64,000 nt of DNA from positions 1,533 through 65,532 of the forward strand of contig CALBHW010000037.1 in the NCBI GenBank assembly GCA_937893125.1, in the 5' to 3' direction. A program made the position numbers and the translations under genes. Shown here piece by piece: positions 47,311-55,666 of the stretch. The notes under the pieces were generated by a model that saw only the letters and a program-made list of their open reading frames with translations, searched no databases and was not told where the DNA came from. This DNA is from an uncultured Clostridia bacterium (GTDB lineage Bacteria; Bacillota; Clostridia; Christensenellales; UBA1242). How positions within the stretch are numbered: position 1 is the stretch's first letter; each line of letters starts with the position of its first letter.

Positions 47311-47354
47311 AATTTAGTTTAAAATCAAAATTAAAATTCATATTCTTAAAAAAA

Positions 47355-47388
47355 ACAAGGCGAAAAAATAATTTCGTCTTGTTTTTTA
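47355..47388 (+). terminator. Intrinsic terminator of the giant gene
   Basis: ACAAGGCGAAA / TTTCGTCTTGT 11-bp stem with one G-U pair, 6-nt loop, then TTTTTT. Confidence 0.75.
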
Positions 47389-47417
47389 TCCATTTTTTTT
47401 GTTTTTGGTATGTTTGG

Positions 47418-47447
47418 TTTACAAAATGCACAAAAAAATTGTAGAAT
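47418..47447 (+). promoter_or_regulatory. Candidate SigA promoter for the Fe-ADH gene
   Basis: TTTACA (47418-47423), 18-nt spacer, TAGAAT (47442-47447). The GGGGGAAG SD and the ATG at 47470 follow. Confidence 0.35.
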
Positions 47448-47469
47448 GTATTAACGGGGGAAGCGCAAA

Positions 47470-48678
47470 ATGAACATTTTTAGAAGAATTTATTGTAGAA
47501 GTTATCAAGGGGTGTTTAGGGCTCTTCTTCCTTTTTTACCTTATCGCGAGCCAAAATTACTTAAAAATTATACTGAACTTGCGCGACTATTAAAGGAAAA
47601 TAAAATTAAGAATGTTCTTCTTGTAACCGACAAAACAATTTATTCTTTGGGTCTTACAAAGGAAATGGAAAGTAGGTTACAAAAATACGACATAAATTGC
47701 TTTGTTTTTAGTGACACAGTTGCGAACCCAACAACGGATAATGTAGACGACGCACTAAAAATGTACAAGGAAAATAATTGCATGGCCCTTATTGGACTTG
47801 GTGGCGGGTCGAGTATGGATTGCGCAAAGGCGGTTGGAGCGCTTGTTGTAAATAAAAATAAAACTTTAAACCAAATGAAGGGATTATTAAAGGTTAGAAA
47901 GAAGTTGCCACTCCTTATTGCAATTCCAACAACTGCGGGGACGGGAAGTGAAACAACTGTTGCAAGCGTCATTGTGGATAGTAAAACGCGCCACAAGTAC
48001 GCAATAAACGATTTTGTTTTAATTCCTGATTATGCTTTACTTGACGCTAAACTTACGATAAATCTTCCGCCTTTTGTGACCGCAACGACGGGAATGGACG
48101 CACTTACGCACGCTGTTGAAGCGTATATCGGCAAAAGCACGACAAAGGACACGCGTTTTGAGTCGCTTTTTGCTATTAAACTCATTTTTGAGAACCTATT
48201 TGAAGCCTATTCTAACGGCAAAAATAATCTTGAAGCCCGTCAAAATATGCTTCTTGCGTCCTACAACGCGGGGCTTGCTTTTACTAAATCATATGTTGGA
48301 TATGTCCACGCAATAGCACATTCCTTGGGCGGAAAATACAATGTCGCACACGGGCTAGCAAATGCCGTGATTTTGCCTATTATGCTTAAAATTTACGGGA
48401 AAAGTGTTCATAAAAAGTTATGGAAAATTAGCGTGTTTTTAGGGCTTTGCGATAAATCTACAAGTTATGAAAATGGAGCAAAAGAATTTATTTCGGCAAT
48501 TGAAGAATTAAACCGATGTATGAATATCCCGACCTTTATAGAAGAATTAAGGGAAGAGGATATCGACGAACTTGCTTTCCACGCTGACAAAGAAGGTAAT
48601 CCGCTTTATCCAGTACCAAAACTTATGAATAAAAAAGAATTAAAGGAAATTTATTATAAACTTTTAAAAAAGGACTAA
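47470..48678 (+). CDS. Iron-containing (group III) alcohol dehydrogenase
   Basis: GLGGGSSMDCAKA (GGGSxxD motif), PTTAGTGSE, and the metal-binding His cluster ALTHAVEAY / HAIAHSLGGKYNVAHGLANA. Confidence 0.85.
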   Translation: MNIFRRIYCRSYQGVFRALLPFLPYREPKLLKNYTELARLLKENKIKNVLLVTDKTIYSLGLTKEMESRLQKYDINCFVFSDTVANPTTDNVDDALKMYKENNCMALIGLGGGSSMDCAKAVGALVVNKNKTLNQMKGLLKVRKKLPLLIAIPTTAGTGSETTVASVIVDSKTRHKYAINDFVLIPDYALLDAKLTINLPPFVTATTGMDALTHAVEAYIGKSTTKDTRFESLFAIKLIFENLFEAYSNGKNNLEARQNMLLASYNAGLAFTKSYVGYVHAIAHSLGGKYNVAHGLANAVILPIMLKIYGKSVHKKLWKISVFLGLCDKSTSYENGAKEFISAIEELNRCMNIPTFIEELREEDIDELAFHADKEGNPLYPVPKLMNKKELKEIYYKLLKKD

Positions 48679-48734
48679 AAATCCGCTATAAAAGTTTTCA
48701 ATTTTTGTTTTATAAACCAAAATCTTCTTATTAT

Positions 48735-48763
48735 TTGACTTTTTTTTCTCTGATGTATATACT
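48735..48763 (+). promoter_or_regulatory. SigA-type promoter for leuS
   Basis: TTGACT (48735-48740), 17-nt spacer, TATACT (48758-48763). It ends 26 nt before the leuS ATG, leaving room only for a short leader with an AAAGGA SD. Confidence 0.45.
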
Positions 48764-48789
48764 TTTTACGTATAAAAGGATTTTACATT

Positions 48790-51192
48790 ATGGATTACGC
48801 AAAAATTGAGAAAAAATGGCAAAAAATTTGGGAAAAAGAAGGCGTTTTTAAGGCTGTCGACTTTTCGGACAAACCAAAGTTTTATGGACTTATTGAATTT
48901 CCATATCCATCGGGGGTGGGGCTTCACATTGGACATATAAAGGCTTTTTCGTCTATGGAAGTCATCTCTCGTATGAAAAGGCTACAAGGATATAATGTGC
49001 TATTCCCAATCGGCTGGGACGCGTTCGGACTGCCAACCGAAAATTATGCAATTAAGCACAATATCGCGCCTAGAATTGCCACTGACACAAATATTGAACA
49101 TATAAAGCAACAACTCGAAAAAGTCGGGTTTTCTTTTGATTGGGATAGGGAAATTGACACAACCGACGAAGGATATTACAAGTGGACGCAATGGATTTTT
49201 AGCAAATTGTACGAAAAAGGACTTGCGTATAAATCAAAAGCATATGTCAATTATTGCGAAAGTTGTGACTGCATTTTGTCAAACGAAGAGTCGCAAGGCG
49301 GAGTGTGCGATAGGTGTGGAACGCAAGTTGTTCAGAGAGAAAAAGAAGTATGGTTTTTAAAGATTAGAGACTACGCGGAAAGACTCCTTTCTGGACTTGA
49401 TAAACTTGACTTTCCAGAAAGAGTCAAAGAAGAAACAAGGCACTGGATAGGGAAATCGACGGGCGCGGAAATTGATTTTAAAGTTAAAGTGGGCGGGAAA
49501 GCCACGGATAAACTTACCGTTTACACAACAAGGTGCGATACGCTTTTTGGTGTTACATTTATGGTTGTTGCGCCAGAACATCCACTCATTGAAAAATATA
49601 AAAAGAATATTAAAAATTACGAAACAATCAAAAATTATCAACTTGAAGCGCAAAAGAAGAGCGAATTTGATAGAGTTCAACTCAGTAAAGACAAAACAGG
49701 TGTCAAAATTGAAGGCGTTTGCGGAATTAACCCCGTAACGAACGAAGAAGTACCTATTTTTGTCGCTGACTATGTTATGATGGGATACGGAACAGGCGCA
49801 ATTATGGCTGTCCCAGCTCACGATACAAGAGATTATGAATTTGCAAAAAAGTTTGGCGCAAATATTAAGCAAGTTATCGCGGGTGGCGACATTTCAAAAG
49901 AAGCGTACACTGACATTCAAAAGGGTGAACTTATAAATAGCGGTTTCTTAAATGGACTTTCTGTCGCGGACGCTAAGAAAAAAATGATTGAATATTTGAC
50001 AAAAGAAGGCATCGGACACGCAAAAACCAATTATCAAATGAAAGATTGGGCGTTTAACCGTCAAAGATATTGGGGAGAACCTTTTCCAATAGTTTATTGC
50101 GACCACTGCGGAATGGTGCTTGTCCCAGAAAAGGATTTGCCAGTTAAACTTCCAGAACTTAAAGAGTTTAAACCTAGCAAAAACGGCGAATCTCCACTTG
50201 CGCAAGTTGAAAGTTGGGTCAACTGCACTTGCCCAAAATGCGGTGGGAAAGCAAGACGCGAAACGGACACAATGCCACAATGGGCGGGGTCGAGTTGGTA
50301 TTATCTTAGATATATGGACCCTAAAAATGATAAATGTTTTGCTGACTACGATAAGCAAAAATACTGGGGCCCAGTTGACTGGTACAACGGCGGAATGGAA
50401 CACGTTACTCGCCACCTTATCTACTCGCGTTTTTGGAATATGGCGCTTTATGATTTGGGGCTTGTGCCTTATGAAGAGCCATATCTTAAACGCTCGACGC
50501 AAGGGCTTGTTCTTGCTGAAGACGGGAGCAAAATGAGTAAGAGCGCGGGAAATACGGTCGATTTTATTAAGATAATTGATGAGTATTCGGCTGATATTTT
50601 GCGCCTTTACACACTTTTTATGGCGGACTACGAAAGTTCGGCTCCTTGGTCAAGTGTAAACATAAATGGTTGCAAGAGATTCTTAGAAAGAGTCGAGAGA
50701 ATGAGCCAGATGATTGACAATTTTGACGGCGTTCACGAAGAACATATTTCTATTTTAAACGACATTATTTCAAAAGTTACCAGTGATATAAATAGTTTGA
50801 AATTTAATACTGCGATTTCGTCACTTATGACTTTTGTTAATAACATTTACAACGATAAATATATTTCAAAACAAGAGTTTGTCGAATTTTTGCAACTTTT
50901 GTACCCATTTGCGCCACATTTCAGTGAAGAAATGAACGAGATTATAGGCAACAAAACAATGATTTGCAAGTCAACTTGGCCACAAACTAGGGTTGATAAC
51001 AGTAAAAAAATTATCAATCTTCCAGTCCAAGTTAACGGCAAAATGAAAGATTTGGTGCAAGTTGAATTTGGTGCAAGTCAAGAAGAAGTGCTTGAAAAAT
51101 TAAAATCGTCGGAAAAAGTAAAAGACCTTATTTTAGCGGGCGTCAAAAAGGTTATTTTTGTCCCAAATAAGATTATAAACTTGATTGTTTAA
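48790..51192 (+). CDS. leuS: Leucyl-tRNA synthetase
   Basis: Literal class I motifs HIGH (PYPSGVGLHIGH) and KMSKS (GSKMSKSAGN). An editing-domain-sized insertion is present. The 800-aa length is typical of bacterial LeuS. Confidence 0.95.
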   Translation: MDYAKIEKKWQKIWEKEGVFKAVDFSDKPKFYGLIEFPYPSGVGLHIGHIKAFSSMEVISRMKRLQGYNVLFPIGWDAFGLPTENYAIKHNIAPRIATDTNIEHIKQQLEKVGFSFDWDREIDTTDEGYYKWTQWIFSKLYEKGLAYKSKAYVNYCESCDCILSNEESQGGVCDRCGTQVVQREKEVWFLKIRDYAERLLSGLDKLDFPERVKEETRHWIGKSTGAEIDFKVKVGGKATDKLTVYTTRCDTLFGVTFMVVAPEHPLIEKYKKNIKNYETIKNYQLEAQKKSEFDRVQLSKDKTGVKIEGVCGINPVTNEEVPIFVADYVMMGYGTGAIMAVPAHDTRDYEFAKKFGANIKQVIAGGDISKEAYTDIQKGELINSGFLNGLSVADAKKKMIEYLTKEGIGHAKTNYQMKDWAFNRQRYWGEPFPIVYCDHCGMVLVPEKDLPVKLPELKEFKPSKNGESPLAQVESWVNCTCPKCGGKARRETDTMPQWAGSSWYYLRYMDPKNDKCFADYDKQKYWGPVDWYNGGMEHVTRHLIYSRFWNMALYDLGLVPYEEPYLKRSTQGLVLAEDGSKMSKSAGNTVDFIKIIDEYSADILRLYTLFMADYESSAPWSSVNINGCKRFLERVERMSQMIDNFDGVHEEHISILNDIISKVTSDINSLKFNTAISSLMTFVNNIYNDKYISKQEFVEFLQLLYPFAPHFSEEMNEIIGNKTMICKSTWPQTRVDNSKKIINLPVQVNGKMKDLVQVEFGASQEEVLEKLKSSEKVKDLILAGVKKVIFVPNKIINLIV

Positions 51193-51407
51193 AGTTTGAT
51201 TTTAAAAAAAATAAATAAATAAAATATAGATTAAAATAATCTTAATTGCAACATTTTAAGTAAAATTTGGTTTTTATTTAAAAGCAAGATAAATAAAAAA
51301 ATGACATCTATTGAATAGAGATTAAAATTTGAATTTTTACAAAAATCTCTAAAAATAACGTTTTGATGATTACATATTAAAAAAAAATGAAGGGAAAAGG
51401 GAGCAAT

Positions 51408-52619
51408 ATGGAGTTAGAATTATTAAGTCCTGCGGGCAATATGGAAAAACTCAAAACAGCAGTGCATTTTGGTGCAAATGCAGTTTATTTTAGTGGAAAA
51501 ACTTTTGGACTTCGTGCATTTGCGGGGAATTTTGGTGATGAAGAAATTGCGCAAGCGGTTGATTATTGTCATAAACATAATGTAAAAACCTATGTTACTG
51601 TTAATATTGTCGCGCACGAAAAAGATTTTGTGGGCTTAAAAGAATATCTTGAACTCCTTGATGCTTCAAAAGTTGACGCGATTATTGTAAGCGACCTTGG
51701 AATTATTGGCTTTGCTAAAAAATACGCACCTAGACTAGATATTCATGTAAGCACGCAAGCAAATGTTACAAATAAATATACAGCAAAAATGTACGCCGAT
51801 TTGGGTGCAAAAAGAATTGTTTTAGCAAGAGAACTTAGTCTAAATGAAATTAAAGCGATTAGGGACTATCTTGGAAACAGTGTTGAACTTGAAGCCTTTG
51901 TGCATGGCGCTATGTGTATAAGTTATTCGGGAAGATGTTTACTTAGCAATTTCCTTGCGGGGCGTAGTAGCAACCACGGTGAATGTGTCCAAGCGTGTAG
52001 ATGGGGATATGAGATTTCAGCCAAGGGCGGAAAGGGTGAGATGTATCCAATCGAGCAAGATGAGCGCGGGACATACATATTAAATAGTAAAGACCTTAAT
52101 ATGGTTGAGTATATAAAGGACTTAGCGGAAGCGGGTGTTACAAGTTTTAAAATTGAAGGGCGTATGAAAACCGCATACTATGTAGCAACTGTTGTCAATG
52201 CTTATAGGCGTGCAATTGACTTGTATTTAAAAGGCGAACCAATAACCGACGAAATTAAAAATGAACTAAACAAGGCGAGTAACCGTGGGTATTCGACAGG
52301 ACTATATTTTGCAAACGACGAAAAGAGTGTGTGCCTAGAAACTAGTACGCAAAAACAAACCTTTGACTTTGTGGCAGTTGTATTGTCTAGTGACGGCGAG
52401 TATGTGACAATTGAACAACGAAATAGATTTAAAGTTGGCGACGAACTTGAAGTATTGTCGCCAGATGATAACTTTAATAAAATTATAAAAATTTCTTCAA
52501 TGAAAAACGAAAAGGGAGAAGAGATTTTGGACGCTAAAAATGTCCAAGAAATTATAAAAATAAAATGTCCATTGAAACTAAATTATGGCGACATTTTAAG
52601 AAAAATAAGAGTAGAATAA
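51408..52619 (+). CDS. Peptidase U32 family protein (TrhP/YrrO-like)
   Basis: The U32 signature E-x-F-x2-G-[SA]-[LIVM]-C-x4-G-x-C-x-[LIVM]-S matches EAFVHGAMCISYSGRCLLS. The start is taken at MELELLSPAG (ATG 51408), 5 nt after AAGGGAG; the ATG at 51387 has no SD. Confidence 0.85.
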   Translation: MELELLSPAGNMEKLKTAVHFGANAVYFSGKTFGLRAFAGNFGDEEIAQAVDYCHKHNVKTYVTVNIVAHEKDFVGLKEYLELLDASKVDAIIVSDLGIIGFAKKYAPRLDIHVSTQANVTNKYTAKMYADLGAKRIVLARELSLNEIKAIRDYLGNSVELEAFVHGAMCISYSGRCLLSNFLAGRSSNHGECVQACRWGYEISAKGGKGEMYPIEQDERGTYILNSKDLNMVEYIKDLAEAGVTSFKIEGRMKTAYYVATVVNAYRRAIDLYLKGEPITDEIKNELNKASNRGYSTGLYFANDEKSVCLETSTQKQTFDFVAVVLSSDGEYVTIEQRNRFKVGDELEVLSPDDNFNKIIKISSMKNEKGEEILDAKNVQEIIKIKCPLKLNYGDILRKIRVE

Positions 52620-52852
52620 TTTTTGTAAACTCTATTAAACACATAACGAAAGTATAGGCAATAATAGATAAAATAAATGTCACTACAAATAAAAAAAATG
52701 GTTATTGCATGCTAAAGTGAATAATCATCAGTTTTGTTTTTGCGGGTTACTTTTAGATGTGTTAAAAAACTAATTTTTAGATAGTAAAAGTTAGTTATAA
52801 GAGTCAATTTTTAGTTTCATTTTAAAAAAATAAATTATATATTTTATAATAA

Positions 52853-52889
52853 AAAAAACATTATCAGGACGAACTGATAATGTTTTTTA
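52853..52889. terminator. Bidirectional intrinsic terminator between the U32 gene and the convergent membrane-protein gene
   Basis: AACATTATCAG / CTGATAATGTT perfect 11-bp stem, extended by the flanking A/T pairs. The loop is 6 nt, with an A-run upstream and a T-run downstream. Confidence 0.75.
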
Positions 52890-52956
52890 TCGTTTGGCAA
52901 AATAAAACCAAAGGGTTAATTTCTAACCATAAAGATTTATTTTTTTTAATCTTAAA

Positions 52957-53280
52957 TTAAATGTGCAAGAAACTTTCAATAGAACCTTTGATGCCAAAGT
53001 CAAATGAGAAGATAACAATTGCCGCACAAACGATTAAGAAAACAAGCTTGACAATCGCTGATTTTGACCAAACTGCGCTGAGTCCAACTGTTACCATAAG
53101 AGCCATAGGCGCATAAACTCCGATATAGTTTAGAATCGTAGCGACTGTGCTGTCAGTTGGAATAAAAGTGCCTCCAGTGTAATAGTTGACGATAATAAGT
53201 GCATATCTAACAATCATAATAACTGCAATAATTTGTCCTAGTGTTTTTAAAAGTTTTGCGGTTGCATTTTCTTCGTCCAT
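52957..53280 (-). CDS. Small integral membrane protein (107 aa, about 3 TM), unknown function
   Basis: AAGGAG SD upstream of the ATG at 53280. Hydrophobic segments: IIAVIMIVRYALIIVNYY, YAPMALMVTVGLSAVW, LVFLIVCAAIVIFSF. Confidence 0.6.
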   Translation of the reverse strand: MDEENATAKLLKTLGQIIAVIMIVRYALIIVNYYTGGTFIPTDSTVATILNYIGVYAPMALMVTVGLSAVWSKSAIVKLVFLIVCAAIVIFSFDFGIKGSIESFLHI

Positions 53281-53375
53281 AATTTTCTCCTTTTGTTTAC
53301 TATATTTTTTATACCATTTTTTTGCTAATTTTGCAATAAATTTTAACCATTTTTATTTCAAAATAATCTAATTTT

Positions 53376-53402
53376 AGAAAAAACCGACCATTTTAAGGTC
53401 GA
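53376..53402 (-). terminator. Candidate intrinsic terminator of the XRE regulator gene
   Basis: On the minus strand, a CGACC-7 nt-GGTCG hairpin is followed by GTTTTTTC. The stem is short (5-6 bp). Confidence 0.35.
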
Positions 53403-53481
53403 TTTTATAAAAATTGCGAGTTTTTGCAACAAAAAGATATTCATTTTTATGAAGCTATTTTGCAAAAATTTAAACAATATT

Positions 53482-54102
53482 TTACTTTTTTATGTTGAAA
53501 ATCCCGAAAAATTTGTTATTTGGTTTTATAGGCTTTATAAAGTGGTTTAAAACAATAATGACCTGAACAAGTGCACCTAAAAGAAACATTATCCAAATAT
53601 TATAGTTTAAAAATTGGCAATAAATGGCGGTCACAAATGCCCATAAGGTGAGACTGCGAATGAATATGGATAGTTTTGCAATGCCCCAAACCTTATTGTA
53701 ATAGAAAAGAATAATTGTTGTCGCTGGAACAGCCCAAACAAACGCTTGCCAAAATTTTGTTCCTGTGTAAGAGCTAATATATACGTACAAAATTGTTGCA
53801 ATAATCCAAACAACAAAGCAAGACAAAATTGTCACAATAATTTTATTTGGTAAGTTACTGTTTTGCTTTATTTCTTCTTGCTCTACAAAAGCGTTTTCTT
53901 CAAAAAAGAGAGAAACGGGAACATCTAATATTTCGCTTAATTTATGTAAGGTCTCAATGTCGGGGAGAGACTCGCCCTTTTCCCAGCGGGAAATTGCTTT
54001 ATCAGAATAATTTAGTTTTTCTGATAACTCTACTTGCGTGAGTTTTCTTTTTTTTCTAATGGTTGCAATGTTTTTTGAAATTACTTCTTTTATATCTTCC
54101 AT
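53482..54102 (-). CDS. XRE-family helix-turn-helix regulator fused to a C-terminal four-TM domain
   Basis: The N-terminus IRKKRKLTQVELSEKLNYSDKAISRWEKGESLPDIETLHKLSEILDV is a typical Cro/C1 HTH. Four hydrophobic helices follow (IIVTILSCFVVWIIATILYVYI, FWQAFVWAVPATTIILFYY, LSIFIRSLTLWAFVTAIYCQFL, IWIMFLLGALVQVIIVLNHFI). Confidence 0.8.
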   Translation of the reverse strand: MEDIKEVISKNIATIRKKRKLTQVELSEKLNYSDKAISRWEKGESLPDIETLHKLSEILDVPVSLFFEENAFVEQEEIKQNSNLPNKIIVTILSCFVVWIIATILYVYISSYTGTKFWQAFVWAVPATTIILFYYNKVWGIAKLSIFIRSLTLWAFVTAIYCQFLNYNIWIMFLLGALVQVIIVLNHFIKPIKPNNKFFGIFNIKK

Positions 54103-54108
54103 AACTAC

Positions 54109-54137
54109 ATTTTACACTATTTTTTCTACAATTTCAA
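54109..54137 (-). promoter_or_regulatory. Candidate SigA promoter giving a leaderless XRE transcript
   Basis: On the minus strand: TTGAAA (54137-54132), 17-nt spacer, TAAAAT (54114-54109), then only 6 nt (GTAGTT) before the ATG. No SD is present. Confidence 0.4.
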
Positions 54138-54160
54138 CAAAAATGCAACATTTTTCGACC

Positions 54161-54191
54161 AAATTCTCGCTCAGCGAGAGTGCGAGAAATT
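54161..54191. promoter_or_regulatory. Candidate operator in the divergent XRE / C-A-T intergenic region
   Basis: AAATTCTCGCTCAGCGAGAGTGCGAGAAATT. The half-site TCTCGC faces two tandem GCGAGA half-sites (54174-54179 and 54182-54187). The outer arms TTCTCGC / GCGAGAA are perfectly complementary. Confidence 0.4.
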
Positions 54192-54311
54192 GCTCTATTT
54201 TAGTGTCTTTAACTTGGGAATGTGTTTTTCTTAATTCTCTTTTATATATGTATTTTATATGTTATCCTTTTGTCGTAAAGAAAGAAATGTTTAAAAAGGA
54301 GAGAAAAACAA

Positions 54312-55655
54312 ATGACAAATAAACGCAACTATTACGAACTTACCCCATCGCAAGAAGTCGTAAAAATGCAACTTCTTTTTTCAATCGACAAAAGGGTTAT
54401 AAACATCTTGTCGTCCGCGACAAGCGATGAAATGCTTGATATTGACCTTTTTAGACAAGCGATAACGCTTGCATTTATGCGAAATGATAGTATGCATATA
54501 AAATTTGTAAAAAGAAGAAAACTTATGCAATATTTTGACGACGACGCAAAATGCCCTGAAATTCCTTACTTAGAATTTAGGACAAAAGAAGAACAAGAAA
54601 GGTTTATAAAGGAAAGAAAGAAAAAGGCTATCTCATATAAGCATGGGAAGGTCGTCGAGTTTTATATTTGTAAAACATATGACAACAAATTTATGATTTT
54701 TGTAAAAATATGCCATCTAATTGCAGACCTTTATGGGCTTAACATATTTTATAAAGACCTTTTTGAAGTGTATGACGCGTTGAAAAATAACAAACCCCTT
54801 CCAAAGCCCCTTCCGAAATTTGAAGATGTTGTAAAGAAAGATTTGGAGTATAAGCACAACGAAAAGTTTAAACAAAGAAATTTTGACTTTTTCAATGAGT
54901 ATATGAGGGCAAGAGAAGAACCATATTATGCGGGTGTCCACGGATTAAATAGTAAAATTGCAAAAAAGAATTTTAATAAGCGTTCGATGAAAATGTTTCT
55001 TGTTAATAACAAAACAGAAAGTTATTTAAAGAAAATGGATTTAAAAACATCTTCAAAAATTGTTGATTATTGTGTCGCGCATAAAATTACGCCAGCCAAT
55101 TTCCTTTTTTATGCAGTGTCACTCACACAATCAAAACTCAATAGCAATGTAAAAAATCAACTTCAACTTGAACTTTCAAATTGTCGTGGCACGGCTCTTG
55201 AAAGAAGTGTATCGGGGACAAAAACTCAAAGTTTGGGGTGTTATGTGACGATGGACCCCGAAGCAAAACTTTCGGAGAGTTTAGACACCTTTTGTAAAAA
55301 TCAAACATTATTTTATAGACATCTTGGCTTTTCGGACTTTGCCTTTCAAATGCTGACGCACAAAATATGGAAAAGTTCCAATTTGCGAACATATTATGCC
55401 CTTACTTTTTCGTTTGTGCCAGTTATGAAGCCAAATGGCGTGAATTTTCAAATTTATAGCAACAATAAATGCGCATTGCCTTGCTATTATGCAGTGCTTT
55501 TTGATGTCAACACTCACGAGATGCAATTTATTTATGACGCGCAAAAGAAACTTGTAAATGGAAATGATATTGATAGATTTCACAATGCTTTTGAAAAAAT
55601 TGTTGATATTATGTTAAGCGACGACGACCCATATTTAAGAGATATAAAAATATAA
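54312..55655 (+). CDS. Free-standing condensation (C) domain-like acyltransferase
   Basis: The N-terminal YELTPSQEVVKMQLLF resembles NRPS C1 (LTxxQ...). ICHLIADLYGL carries the HxxxD catalytic core of the C-domain/CAT superfamily (canonical form HHxxxDG). The 447-aa size fits a single C domain. AAGGAG SD. Confidence 0.65.
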   Translation: MTNKRNYYELTPSQEVVKMQLLFSIDKRVINILSSATSDEMLDIDLFRQAITLAFMRNDSMHIKFVKRRKLMQYFDDDAKCPEIPYLEFRTKEEQERFIKERKKKAISYKHGKVVEFYICKTYDNKFMIFVKICHLIADLYGLNIFYKDLFEVYDALKNNKPLPKPLPKFEDVVKKDLEYKHNEKFKQRNFDFFNEYMRAREEPYYAGVHGLNSKIAKKNFNKRSMKMFLVNNKTESYLKKMDLKTSSKIVDYCVAHKITPANFLFYAVSLTQSKLNSNVKNQLQLELSNCRGTALERSVSGTKTQSLGCYVTMDPEAKLSESLDTFCKNQTLFYRHLGFSDFAFQMLTHKIWKSSNLRTYYALTFSFVPVMKPNGVNFQIYSNNKCALPCYYAVLFDVNTHEMQFIYDAQKKLVNGNDIDRFHNAFEKIVDIMLSDDDPYLRDIKI

Positions 55656-55666
55656 GGAGAAAACAA

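Noticed and set aside
12868-47310. Asked whether the periodic GGTGGCGC(N)ATTTA-type strings in the giant gene are a tandem DNA repeat, a CRISPR-like array or an assembly artefact.
   Set aside because: The periodicity is at the protein level (GGAIY rungs about every 20-25 codons). The nucleotide copies differ by many synonymous changes, spacing is irregular, and there are no conserved direct repeats separated by unique spacers. The frame stays open throughout.
48679-48789. Looked for a T-box leader upstream of leuS, which is usual for Firmicute aminoacyl-tRNA synthetase genes.
   Set aside because: Only 111 nt separate the Fe-ADH stop from the leuS ATG. A good TTGACT-17-TATACT promoter ends 26 nt before the ATG. 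There is no room for a 200-300-nt T-box, and I saw no T-box consensus or terminator/antiterminator. leuS appears to lack this control here.
49357-50502. 171-aa and 184-aa minus-strand ORFs antisense to leuS, and similar ones antisense to spoIIE (59140-59718), the AMP ligase (56003-56404) and the ABC genes.
   Set aside because: These are antisense shadows of confidently identified genes. They have no SD and no motifs.
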